From Eledone cirrhosa (lineage: Eukaryota), in the NCBI GenBank assembly GCA_964016885.1, contig CAXHJY010000114.1:118073-182072 (forward strand): a DNA stretch of 64,000 nt. Direction: 5' to 3'. Below, in pieces: positions 41,301-53,716 of the stretch; position 1 is the first letter of the stretch; the number at the start of each line of letters is the position of its first letter. A program made the position numbers and the translations under genes. The notes beneath the pieces are model-generated. The model saw nothing but the letters and a program-made list of their open reading frames with translations. It had not been told where the DNA came from and ran no database searches.

Positions 41301-43011
41301 GATGTCCCCTCTCGTCCCTATTGTACGTATTGACTCTCGAGCCATTACTGCACAAACTGGAGACGTTGAGGGGCGTCCCGCGCGAACTAGGATGCGGAAG
41401 ATCCGTGTCAGCATAATCCGACGATGTCACCGTAGTGGTGTCGAACGCCAAACACATCGAGGCGATCGGCACTACACTAAGAGAATACGAAGCGGTGACA
41501 GGAGCAATGATCAACCAGGAAAAGTCAGTGGGCCTGCAGCTCGGCACCTGGAGAGGCAGGTCCATGCCGTCCAACAGCGTCGTCGGGCGCTGGACGGACG
41601 GACCGGTTAAATTGCTAGGAGTCTGGTTCGGTCCAGACCTCCAGACGAACAAAAACTGGGACGAGGTGACCAGCAGGGTGGCTTCTCTCATCCAGAAATG
41701 GGCCGAGAGGAAGCTATCCCTGAAAGGTCGAGCGGAGGTGGCGAATGCGTACATCGCATCCGTCATCTACTACCGCCTGACCGTCGTACCTTGTCCTAAG
41801 CCCTGGAGCGTTTGCTGTTTCGCTTCTTGTGGAAGGGACGCGCTCCGATGGTCAGGCGTTCCATCTGCTGTCAACACCCGCTACGTGGAGGGCTGGGCAT
41901 GCCGTGGCTGATGATGCGCAGACACGCGCTCAGGCTACGACATCTCCACCTCTTCCTCGACGGTGATCAGGTGTGGTCGCCGTTTGCTAGACGCGTTTTT
42001 CCCCAGCTCGTCTCCTTGACGGAGCTGCAGTCCTGGGTCAAGCGAAGACCGAGAGGGAGCGCTTGGAGACTGGAATATCTTCAGGCGCTCACAGCCCTCG
42101 ACCAATCGGGCAATGTGATCGGTGGAAACTCCACCTTGGCGTTCTATAGGGGATTAGTGGAGGGGAAGAGCGACGACGTACCTGGAGAAACTCTAGGCGT
42201 CGACGAAAATCAACTAGCCAATCTCTTCGGAAGGACTTTCGGGCCGGGGCCTATGGACAACTTCCAGAAATCCCTGGCCTGGCAGTGCTACCGAGGAGCT
42301 TTGCCAGTTCGGGATAAACTCTACAGGCATGGAGGTGCCGTCAGCCGGGCATGTCCGAGATGCGCGCAGGGCGACGAAACCGTCCTGCACGCACTCGTCC
42401 AGTGTGCGAGCATTGCTGACTTGTGGGTTTATGTCGAACACCTGCTGTCACGTGTAGGACGGATCCAGCTATCAGCTGAGTCCATCGTGAGGATTGCCCC
42501 GCCCCCTTCCTTTAGCCGGGAAGGGCAGGCAGTTTTTATCTGTCTGGTGGCCATGGCGAAAGAGATAGTATGGTGGACACGTTTGAAAGGGCTGAAGACG
42601 AGCACTTACCTCTTCGGTGATGCCCTGATTAACTTTTTCAAATTTCATTTGAAAAGGAAAATCAGGGTAGAGAGGGAAGTGCTCTCTTCCCAGCATTTTG
42701 TTGAAAGATGGGTGAGAGAAGCAAGTATGGCCCGAATGAATGGGCCTTCTCTGAGTATGTGTCTGTAAATTAAAGGTGGAAAACTGGGAGAGGACACTTG
42801 CCCTGGTGGTCAGGGCCACTGTGGTCTTTTAATGGGCTTTCTCCACAAATGTCCCTCGGAAGTCTCCCCCCTATTGGGGAATTTTTCTTTGTTATTTTAT
42901 TTCAACCTCCGTTTTTTTTACACGCAGAAATGCCCATTTGTACCGTCCTGTATTGTCCTGTACTGTCCTTAATGTCTACTTTATGTAAACCCTTGTGGTT
43001 AATAAAGAAAA

Positions 43012-43012
<1 letters not shown>
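38376..43012 (+). mobile_element. Tx1-C: 5'-truncated and degenerate; a deletion at ~39600 fuses ORF1 to the EN domain; ORF2 ends at 42768
   Basis: VEGRRPKCHGC..HLKAFC followed directly by DLAIRAIFLDPEG; several stops; tail (TTA)n 43013-43060. Confidence 0.9.
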
Positions 43013-43060
<48 letters not shown>

Positions 43061-46000
43061 GGTTGGTGAAGCCACGCTTCTTATCGCCTCCAGTCTTTTT
43101 CAACGTTTTACCTCTTTTTCAACCGTTCTAAACCTTTTATTCAAGTTTTAAATTTGATAAAAGTTTAGAAGAATTGACCCACCTAATACAGGGGTTCACT
43201 AGTAAATAATACGGCACCCCTTTACGGGGTGTCGTATTCGTATTTGTGTAAAAATATTTTTTGAAAAATTTCAACATGGATAACACAAAAGAGAGAGAGA
43301 GCGCTGTCAGACAACACAGAGAGAGGGAGACTTTATCAGCATGTCAACAAGACAGCGTTCCAGCGGAGGTAAATATAAACGAAAATATTACAAAGGAAAA
43401 AAAGATTGTTACAGATTTAAAATTAACAAATATTTCTAACACAAACAACACCAACAATAACACCAACAACATCACCAACAACAACACCAAAAATAACAGC
43501 GGTAAAGTCGAGAACGACAATAACAAAAATAACAGCGGTAAAGTCGAGAACGACAATAACAAAAATAACAGCGGTAAGGTCGAGAACGACAATAACAGAA
43601 ATAACAGCGGTAAGGTCGAGAACGACAATAACAATGACAATAACAACAGCCACAACAACAATAATAGTAGGAACAGTATCAACAAAAACAACAATAATAA
43701 CAACAGCCACAATAACAGTAACATCAGCAACAGTATCAACGAAAACAACACCAACAACTGTACCAGCGAAAAGAACAACAATGATACCGATACCTGTAAT
43801 AGCGACCTCAGCACCACCAGTAAGACCAGTAGCGGCAGCAATAGTGGTGCTGCTGAAAAAGGGACCACTTCTTTTGCAGGTGTCGCCCGAAATATCGAGA
43901 CAGTGTTAGTCACAGAGGAGGAGATGGCAGTCGCAAGGGCCATGGTGACAAGAAGCGCAAATAGAGTTTCCCTGAAACCTCCACCCGATTTTTTCAAGGA
44001 TCAGCAGCTACGAACGGTAACTTACCGCACCGTCAGCAAAATCTCACATCGAGTGGAGAGAGCCACGGAGGCTCAAATCCAAAAGGCCTTGGGGTGCGTC
44101 TGGGCACACAAAACCCACATCACCCGAGGCAGAAAGTACACCACAGTAGACGTACTTTTCGCCACCCCCAGGAAGCAAAGTCTCACTCTTTGGAAACCCT
44201 AAAGAGTGAGGAGTTAGTCTTGGTGCCCTCCTACTGCGGGCAGAAAATTGTGAGGGTCAAAGTGACCCAGGTCCCACGCGACGTGCCCATACCTTGGCTA
44301 GCCGCGTCTGTCCTTGCTGGAATTGAGAACAGGGCGACCATGCTGCAAGTAGAAAAAATAGGGAGAGAGAACTGGTCAGGTATAGGCATGCAAATGCTTA
44401 TACAAACTGACCAAGAATGTATCGAGGCTATCCCCGATATCATAGACTTTGAGGAAGGACTCCAACTCCCTATAAGTGTAGAAGGAAGACGGCCAAAATG
44501 TTATCTCTGTGGGTCGAAAGGTCATCTCAGGGCCTTTTGCCCGCAGAAGACACCGAAGAGGCCCTCTCTCCTTCCAATACCTGGTCCGCTGCTACCAAGA
44601 GCAGGACAGGCAACAAACGAAGAAGCCCCTTCCACGGTGAGTAGGAGGGCAACGTCCGTAGCACCCGTACCAAGGCCACGGATAACTAAAGCAGCATCAT
44701 CAGTAGCGGCAACACCAATAGCTACATTTGAAATAGCTACACCAGCAACAACATTGCCGAAGAGGGTTCCACTACCACCACCAACAGCCGTGGAGCACAT
44801 ACCCCTCCCAGACGCCACAGAATCCGACATGGTGTTTGAGGCGGGAGTGACGTGGCAAACAGTCTGCCACAAAAAAGAAAAAAGAAAAAAAACCCTTAGA
44901 TTCACCCTCCAAAAGCGAAGGCATACAAAGAGGGGTAAAGGCAGCAAGGAAACTTGCAGCAACACCACCACAAACACCAACAACGCAAACACAACAAGAC
45001 ACACACACCAAACAGCAACAAGAAGAAAACGGCAACAAAATCACCCCTCCCCCCAAAAAGTACACAGCCATAAACATAGCAAAAAAAGAACTCATAAAAT
45101 ATATAAAGCAGCACACAGACATCACGGAAAAAAATTACTACACCCCACCAACACCAAGAACTCTCCCGACAAACATAAGCATCATCGAAATATCATTAGA
45201 ACAATACAAACCTTTAAAACAAAAATTCCCCAACGCAGTTGGAGACTTCAGAGGGACGATTACCAAGAGGATATACACTGACATCCTCTTGGAAACACCC
45301 ATGACCAGCGAAAGGGACGGTTCTACTGTCCCTCACCACACGAACAAGGTAAGTGACCCTTTCTCATCCAACATAGCTGCACTCAGAATAGGCAGTATAA
45401 ATGCACGTGGCCTGGGGTCATCTTGGAAGCAGGGTCACCTGCTCAATGACCTCAGGTCACTAAACATAGATGTGGTGGCTATCAGTGAAACCAGAATCTC
45501 CGAGGTACGGGCCTTCGCACCGATCTTCGGTGGCTACGATGTATACGCATCTCCCAGCCGTCCAGGATCGGGGGGAGGGGTTGCCGTCCTTTTTCAGAGA
45601 GGCTTGGATCTCGCGATACGGGCCATCTTCCTGGACCCAGAAGGTAAGTCGGTGGTGCTGGACGTGACCGGCAGCGAAGGCAATGCTTTCAGGCTAGTAG
45701 CCGTCTACGCCCCAACAGGGGCAGGGCGGCCAGATTTCTTCAGACGTCTAGAGACCTTTCTTGGAACGTCCCGATCGTTAGTGTTAGTGGGCGACTGGAA
45801 CGGTATCTTGGATGCACGCTGGGATTGTGTGGGGCTAGTGGATAGGGGAGGAGGGTGCAAGAGCCTCACCAACCTGCTCAGACGTTTTGAACTGTCTGAC
45901 AGGTATCGACTGGATCACCCGAATGTGCTAATGTGGACATGGACAAACCGCATCGGGTCATCCAGATCGTATCTAGATAGGGTGTTCTGCAGGGAACTAG

Positions 46001-49000
46001 ATAAGGCTAGTATAAGTTGTCCACAATTTAAAATAGTCGACTACACAGACCACAAATTTGTGATCTGTGAGATCGACATAGACAGACTTCATAGACAAGG
46101 GCCTGGTTACTGGAAGCTGAACGCGTCTTTCCCGGCGCGCAAGGCCTACAGAGACCGGATTAGCGTATTAGTTAAGCGGGCGTTGACGGGAGCGGTCGTC
46201 AACAACAGGTGGTGGTTCGCCCTGAAAAGGGCAATTAAAGTAGAGTCGATTAGGTTTAGCAAAGGAGTAGTGATAGAGGAAAATAGAGTAGAGGGAGAGC
46301 TAGTCAGAAAGCTAGAAGAGGCGTTTAGGACAGGCATCGCAACCGACGTGCTTGCGGCGAGATTGGCACTCGACCAATTCTTCAACGCAAAACACGAAGG
46401 CTGCGTTGTCAGAGCTAGAGCGCGTGCTCTGAAGCACGAGAGGACAAAAGCCGTCCAATGGGCCCGGGTGGCAGAGGCGCGACGTGGCAATAAAGCCACA
46501 ATTCGGTCTTTGTCTGACCAAAACGGGTGCGTGATGCTCGAACCCGAGCGGATGTGTGAAGCTTTTCAGCAGCACTTTGCTGAACTGTTCGGGAGCGGCG
46601 GCGGCCCGGATCGGGACATGGACTTCAGTGCATACCTCGACGGACTGCCTCGGCTCTCGACGACCGCAGCAGTGTTGCGAAAAGCCAATAACAGCCGGTG
46701 AAATACGGGAAGCGATGGCTAACTGCACAAGAGGTAAATCGCCAGGTTTAAATGGTCTGCCCTACGAGCTTTATGCATTTATGCCAGACTTGTTCGGTGA
46801 CCTCTTGGCAGACGTCTACTGCAACTGGCAGCAGAACGGGAGCATTCCCAGTTTTGTGAGCCGGGGAGCAGTGGCGCTGCTGAGAAAAGACCTGAACAAG
46901 GGGGATGTTATTGATAATTTCAGGCCCATAACTCTGTTAAACGCAGAGTTCAAGATTTTGGCCAAGGTGTTAGCAACGAGGTTGGCGCTTGTCGTCAAGG
47001 GTCTGGTGGGAGAGGCGCAGACATGCGCCATCCCGGACAGATCCATACGCGACAACCTCCACCTCATGCGATACATCATAGAGAGGGTGGTTAAGGAACC
47101 TGGAAAGGGTGGGGCCCTGATCAACTTGGATCAATCCAAAGCATTCGATAGGGTCGACCATCGGTACCTGGCGCCGGTCCTCGAGGCAGCCGGTTTCGGG
47201 CCCGTTTTCAGGCGTTGGATCGCAGCAATGTACAGCGACATCTGCTCAGTTGTGAAGGTGAACGGTCACCTATCGCTGCCGTTCAGCATCATGCGCTCAG
47301 TCCGCCAGGGTTGTCCCCTCTCGTCCCTCTTGTACGTATTGGCTCTCGAGCCGTTACTTCACAAACTGGGGGCGATGAGGGGCGTCCCACGCGAACTAGG
47401 ATGCGGGAAATCCGAGTCGGCTTACGCTGACGACGTCACCGTGGTGGTGTCGAGCACCAGACACTTCCAGATGCTCGGCACCGCTCTCAAGGAATACGAA
47501 ACGGTGACAGGAGCAAAGATAATCCAGGAAAAGTCGGTGGGCTTGCAGCTAGGCACCTGGAGAGGCAAGTCCATGCCGTCCGACAGCGTCGTGGGGCGTT
47601 GGACGGACGGTCCGGTTAAATTGCTCGGGGTCTGGTTCGGACCAAACCTCCAGATGGAGAAAAACTGGAACGAGGTGACGAGCAGGGTGGCCTCCCTCAC
47701 CGAGAAATGGGCTGAGAGGAAGCTGTCCCTGAAAGGCCGGGCGGAAGTGGCGAATGCGTACATCACATCCGTCATCTGCTATCGCCTCACCGTCGTCCCT
47801 TGCTCCAACCCAACTCTCACCAAAATGGAGCGCCTCCTCTTCCGCTTTTTGTGGAAGGGACGCGCTCCCATGGTCAGACGATCCATCTGCTGTCAACACC
47901 CGCTGCGTGGAGGACTGGGCATGCCATGGCTGATGATGCGCAAACATGCGCTGAGGCTGCGACATCTCTGGTGCTTCCTTGATGGTGAACAGGTGTGGTC
48001 GCCGTTCGCCAGGCACGTTTTCCCACAGCTCGTCTCTTGACGGAGCTGCAGTCCTGGGTCAGAAAAGACCGAGGGATAGCGCTTGGAAACTGGAATGTCT
48101 CCAGGCGCTCACTGCTCTCTGCCAGCTGGGCACCAGTATCGGTGGAACATCCACCTCGGCGTTCCATAGAGGACTAGTAGAGGGGAAGAGCGACGACATT
48201 CTCGGAGCGATCCTGGGCGTCGAAGAAGATCAGCTGCTTGCTCTCTTCAGGAGAAATTTCAGCCCAGGGCCTATGGATAACTTCCAAAACTCCCTGGCCC
48301 GGCAGTGCTACCGGGGAGCGCTGCCGGTTCGAGATAAGCTCTACAGGCACGGAAGTGCCGTCAGCCGAGCCTGTCCGAGAAGCACAGAGAGACGAAACCG
48401 TCGTGCACGCACTCGTTCAGTACCCGAGCATTTCTGACTTGTGGAGCTATGTCGAACAGTTGCTGTCGCGTGTAGGACTGATCCAGTTGTCGACTGAGTC
48501 CATTGGGCAGATGGTCTCGCCGTCTTCCTTCGAGGAGGAAGAGCAGGCGGTTTTCATCTGCCTGGTGGCCATGGCGAAAGAGATTGTGTGGTGGACAAGG
48601 TTAAAAGGGTTAAAGACAGACACTTTCCTCTTCGGCGAATCACTAATTAACTTTTTCAAGTTTCACTTGAAGAGGAAAATCAGGGTGGAGAGGCAAGTGC
48701 TGCCTTCTAGCAAGTTTGTTGAAAGGTGGGTAAATATGGCGAGAATGGTCCGAGTGAAGGGGACCGCTCTGAATATACGCCTGCAATTTGAGAGATGGAA
48801 AAATTGAGAGAGGGCGCTTGCCCTGGTGGTCAGGGTGACCGTGGTCTTTTGTGTGGTTTTCGCCACGAGTAACCCTCGGAGGTTTCCCCGCTATTGGGGA
48901 ATTTTTCATTGTTTCAATTTTCATTTTATTGTTTATATATATGTTTCTATTTCCTTTTTTTCTTTTCTTATATAAATAATAAAAATATTTACACGCACAA

Positions 49001-49073
49001 AACCCACATCGTACCGTCTTGTGCCGTCTGTAATGTTTTTCTTGATGTCAGCCCTTGTGGCCAATAAAGAAAT
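43061..49073 (+). mobile_element. Tx1-D: full-length but frameshifted (ORF1 ATG 43276 to ~45352; ORF2 ~45373-48807, start mutated to ATA)
   Basis: CYLCGSKGHLRAFC; INARGL, SETR, GDWN and TDH; YADD; 3'UTR followed by (ATT)n. Confidence 0.92.
43492..43632 (+). repeat. 36-nt coding tandem repeat x4 (NNSGKVENDNNK) in Tx1-D ORF1
   Basis: Read directly. Confidence 0.9.
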
Positions 49074-49085
49074 CATTATTATTGT

Positions 49086-49114
49086 TCTTTGAGTCTCAGT
49101 CATTGATGTTAGTT
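49086..49114 (-). mobile_element. ~29-bp 3'-terminal stub of R4-like family 1
   Basis: tctttgagtctcagtcattgatgttagtt matches 49339-49367. Confidence 0.8.
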
Positions 49115-49120
49115 ATTATT

Positions 49121-49266
49121 CCCCCCTATTGGGGAATTTTTCTTTGTTATTTTATTTAAACCTCTGTTTTTTTTACACGCAGAAATGCCCATTTGTACCG
49201 TGCTGTATTGTCCTGTACTGTCCTTAATGTCTACTTTATGTGAACCCTTGTGGTTAATAAAGAAAA

Positions 49267-49268
<2 letters not shown>
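49121..49268 (+). mobile_element. Tx1 3'UTR-only insertion (Tx1-C family) with (TTA)n tail 49268-49337
   Basis: Nearly identical to ~42866-43012. Confidence 0.9.
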
Positions 49269-49330
<62 letters not shown>

Positions 49331-49337
49331 GTTATTA

Positions 49338-52300
49338 CTCTTTGAGTCTCAGCCATTGATGTTAGTTAACTGGAAAGTTTGTTGAAATTAATATCAAGCC
49401 ACTACCTGCAGCCTCAGATATTCAGGACGTATCGGAGGGTTCTTGCTGTTCCCAGCAAGCATGCCTTTTGAAGCGTTCCAAAAAGCGTGAAGGGGCCAAT
49501 TTTCTTTAATCGTCGCTGGAAACTTTTTGAGATAGTATCTAGTGCGCCTATGACAATCGGGACCACTTTGACTTCATGGCAGTTCCAAATCCTTTTTACC
49601 TCCCACTTTAAGTCCTGGCATCGGTTAATTTTCTCCCTCTCCTTCTCTTGCACTCTCGTGTCGAATGGGCAGGCCACATCCACAATCAGGCACGATCTTT
49701 TTTCCTTGTCCAAAACCACTAGGTCAGGTCTATTGTGTTCCAGTTTCTTGTCCGTCTGTATCCTAAAATCCCACAGCACCTTCACCTGATCGTTTTCTAT
49801 CACCGACTCTGGCTTATGCTCATACCACTTCTCAGAATGTGGTGAATTGTTTACTTTGCATAGGTGCCAGTGGATCACCCTGCCCATCACATCATGTCTC
49901 CAGCCTTTATAGTGAGTCTGGGCTAGGTGTTTACACTCGGATACAATGTGAGCTACAGTCTTCTCTCTCTCTCCACAGATCCTGCACAGTGGGCTAGCCT
50001 CCCCCTTGTAAATATGGTGTTTCAACCACTTCGTTTTAAGAGCCTGCTCTTGCGCAGCCATTAGCATTCCTTCTGTAGCCTTTTTAAGGTCTCCTCTTTT
50101 CAACCAGTTCCATGTCTGTGGATCTCTGAATTCAGTTTTCTCAAAGAAGGTACTACGAAGGGATTTTTCATGAAGGCTGCTCTTTCTCCTTGTTGTTATT
50201 TCCTCCTTGGACATCCCCTGGTCTATTGTCCTCTCCTTCAGTACAGTTCTGAGCATTGGCTCCTTACTATCAGTCGCGTATTTGTGTAGGTTGTTTTTCT
50301 CCATCTGAACACAATCCTCTATGCTGATAAGACCTCTTCCACCTTCAGATCTCCTTAAGTAGAGTCTATCGACATCACTCCTCTTGTGGAACATGTTGTA
50401 GATAGTCAATAGTTTCCTTGTCTTTCTATCCATTTCTTTTTGTTCAGCAACATTCCATCTCAGAATTCCCGCACTGTACCTAATAATAGACAGCTCGGGA
50501 ATTTACTGCACTTATGGCATTCCTACTGTTCAGATGTGACTTTAATACGCTCCTTACTCTGCTAATGTATTCAGATTTTATCAATTCCTTCATTTTTTTG
50601 TTCTTGATGTCATCGGCATCCAGAACACCCAAATACTTGTATCCTTCCTCAGAGTCAATTTCCTTTATCATCTCACCTGTGGTACCTGGATTCCATTGCT
50701 TCTGCTCAATTTACCCCTCTTCATCACAAGGATTCCACACTTACTAATACCAAATTGCATACATATATCATTGCTGAAAATACGGACAGTGTCAACAAGC
50801 ACATCCAACTCCTCACTCTTCCCGAAGAGCTTCAGATCGTCCATGAAGAGGAGGTGATTGTTGGTAAGCTCTCCCTTTCCCAACTTGTATCCTGCTCTCA
50901 CTTTTCGCAGTATAATGGTCAGGGGCATCAGGGCAAGGACAAACAACAGAGGGGACAGACTATCTCCCTGGAAGATACCTCTCTTGATCTTCACGCCTCC
51001 CAAGGATTCTCAAGGGCTTCATACTTTTGCCCAACAACTGTCTGATGTTATCTGCCACCTTGAAGATCTCTAGGCTTTTGGTGATCCAAGAATGAGGCAC
51101 CATGTCAAATGCCTTTTTGTAGTCTATCCATCCCATGACAAGACCAGTGTGTCTCCTCTTGCAATTCCTCATTACCATCTTATCAATAAGTAACTGGTCC
51201 TTTGTACCACGGGACTTCTTTCGGCATCCTTTCTGTTCGTCCGGTAACAAGTTGTTTGTGTGGAGGTAATGGTAGATTTCCTCAGACATAATGCTTGTCA
51301 ACAGTTTCCACATTACGGACAGACATGTGATAGGTCTATAGTTGGTAACATCATTACCCTTGATTCGGTCTTTCATTACCAGAACTGTGGTACCTTTTGT
51401 CAACCACTCTGGTACCTCACCTGACATCAAGCAGTCATTTGAACATGGTTGTCAGTTTCGGGTGGAGGGATGTTATATTTTTAATCCAGTACCCCTGCAC
51501 ACCATCTGGGCCTGGTGATTTCCAGTCGGTTAGTTTTTGGCCTGCCCCTTAAGAGTTTCAACTGTGATACTCAAAACAGCCTGTTGGTGTGCCTGTTCAC
51601 TAATCTCCTTTTGTACTGTCTCAATCCACACTGCCTGGTCATTATGTTTAACATCCTGCTCCCATATTCCTCTTCAGAATGTCTTAGTTTGCTCCGCCTC
51701 AGGGATCAAGTCGTTGTCTCTTTCTTTCCCTTCAATCTGTCCAAACAACATCTTCCGGTTGTTGTCAAACATGCGGTTCTGTCTATACTGACTGACTCTG
51801 CTCTCGTATCGTCTAATTTTTGCACTCTTTGCTACAATGCGTTGCTTCAGTTCCTCTATGATAATATTTAGCTTTTTCCTCCTAGTTTTGTACTTTATTT
51901 CCAGTCTATTTTTAGTGTCTATGTTTTTTAGTGTCCCATTCAGTAGGGACTCAAGCTTTCCAATGTCATTTCTCATTTCCCTGATTTGACCATTCAGTCG
52001 TTTCTTCCACCAAGGTTCTGATCTTTCTTGTTTGTTGTTTCCTCTCGCTTTTATGCCAAGTAATTTCCACACCGCATTTGCTGTTGCTTTGAGGATATTG
52101 TTGCACTGGTGAAGGCTCCTCGCCTCAAGGTATGGGATGACTTTGTTTACCTTAGCTGTTGTTACTTTTAACTCTTTCCTGTCTACAAATCTTAGGTTCA
52201 TAGGTTTCTCACTATCATTGTTCAATTCATCTACCACTAAGTTTAGGATATCAACCATGTCCTAGCCCGTCAGCATTCATCTCCTCAATGGCCGTATCTC

Positions 52301-53689
52301 TGTTCCAGGTATTATTTATTTCAGCATTCAGATCATTGTCTGCTTCGGATGGTTCCTCCGTTCTCTCAACCTCTTCACCTTCATTTCCCACTGGCTCGTT
52401 TGCCTGGCATACTCCACTCTCCATTTCCAACCTAATCTCTCTGCTCAGTTCCTCCAGTTCCAGCTCGCTTATCCACCCATTAGCTCTTATTACCCGAGCC
52501 TGCCCGGCCAATTTTTGTTCCTCTAATTTAAATAGACCAATCTCGTTCCAGATGTTATGCATCCGTTTCCTATAGCCTTTCTCCTTGGGGTTACTCTTCA
52601 GGTAACATTGCATAACAATTCTATTCAATTCTTTCGTCCTGTTGGTTCTGGTCCCTTTCCTTCTTCTTCTTCCTCCGACACCAGCAGTATTTGGTTGCCA
52701 ACCAGGTCCCTGCTGCTGGGCCAGGGAGCACCTGCTGGGTGAGAGTCTGTCACATGACATTCCAGTCTCCACTTCACCGTTATTCGAACTGTTTAGGTTC
52801 GACATTTAAACACTCTTATCGAGGATTGGTGAATGTATGGTTACATAACCACCGGTGATTTCATCACCACCAGTGATTTTAGTGTGGCACTATCAGGCTG
52901 TAGACGAACATAAATAAACAAACAAACAAATATGTAAAAAAAAAACAAAAAAGAATAAGCATATGTTTCATTGTAATGTAATGTTTGAATGTCTGACTTA
53001 GTTTTTTTCCTTTTCCTTCTCTGTCTGTCTGTTTGTTTTTCTTTCCATTTTTCTTTTCTTTACGTTTTTCGTTGTTGCTGTGCTGTTTTGATTTTGATTT
53101 TTGGTTTTTTGATTTTTTGACCGGGTCGTCAAATCAGTCTATTTATATCTTTTGATGCCTTCCTCTTTTAGTGGGGACACTACGATGCATGTCTTAGTAG
53201 GAGGTAGTGGGAGAGAATAGCGGCGGAAGTGATAAAGAGGCAGTGGTGGTGGTGGTGGTGCTTTGCTAGTAGTACTTAGCAGGAGGTAGTGGGAGAGAAT
53301 AGCGGCGGTAGCGATAATGAGGCAGTGGTGGTGGTGATGTGATCGTAGTACTGTAGTGATGGTGTTGAAGTTGAAGTAGAAATAGAAGTTGAGGTAACTT
53401 GACTAGAGTTTTTGGCGTGGTAGTGGTGATGGTGGCGGTGGTGGTGTTGGTGGTGAATTTATTTGCTTGTCTGTCCACTTAGCCATTTAACTATTTAGCC
53501 ATTTTGCCATTTTCCTCTTTTTCGACTATAACATTTCTGATCCAAAATTAAATATTAAATATTGGGGCCTTATGCCGTAAAGTGATGCGTTATGGCTTGC
53601 TGAGGGTAAAAACTGTAATCTTATATTTCATTTGTAATAAGAATTATTCTATCACAGTTGTTTTAAATAAGTAAAAATCCTTTAAATAA
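49338..53689 (-). mobile_element. R4-clade (Dong-like) RLE non-LTR retrotransposon, family 1; full-length, frameshifted ORF 52805-49414
   Basis: R4-type N-terminus (CYLKS..GYRKRM..W..QKLAGQAR), [40 protein letters not shown] and NRPDLV..DVACP..EK. The 3' end runs into (TAA)n. Confidence 0.9.
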
Positions 53690-53716
53690 GTAATAATAAT
53701 AATTATTATTATTATT

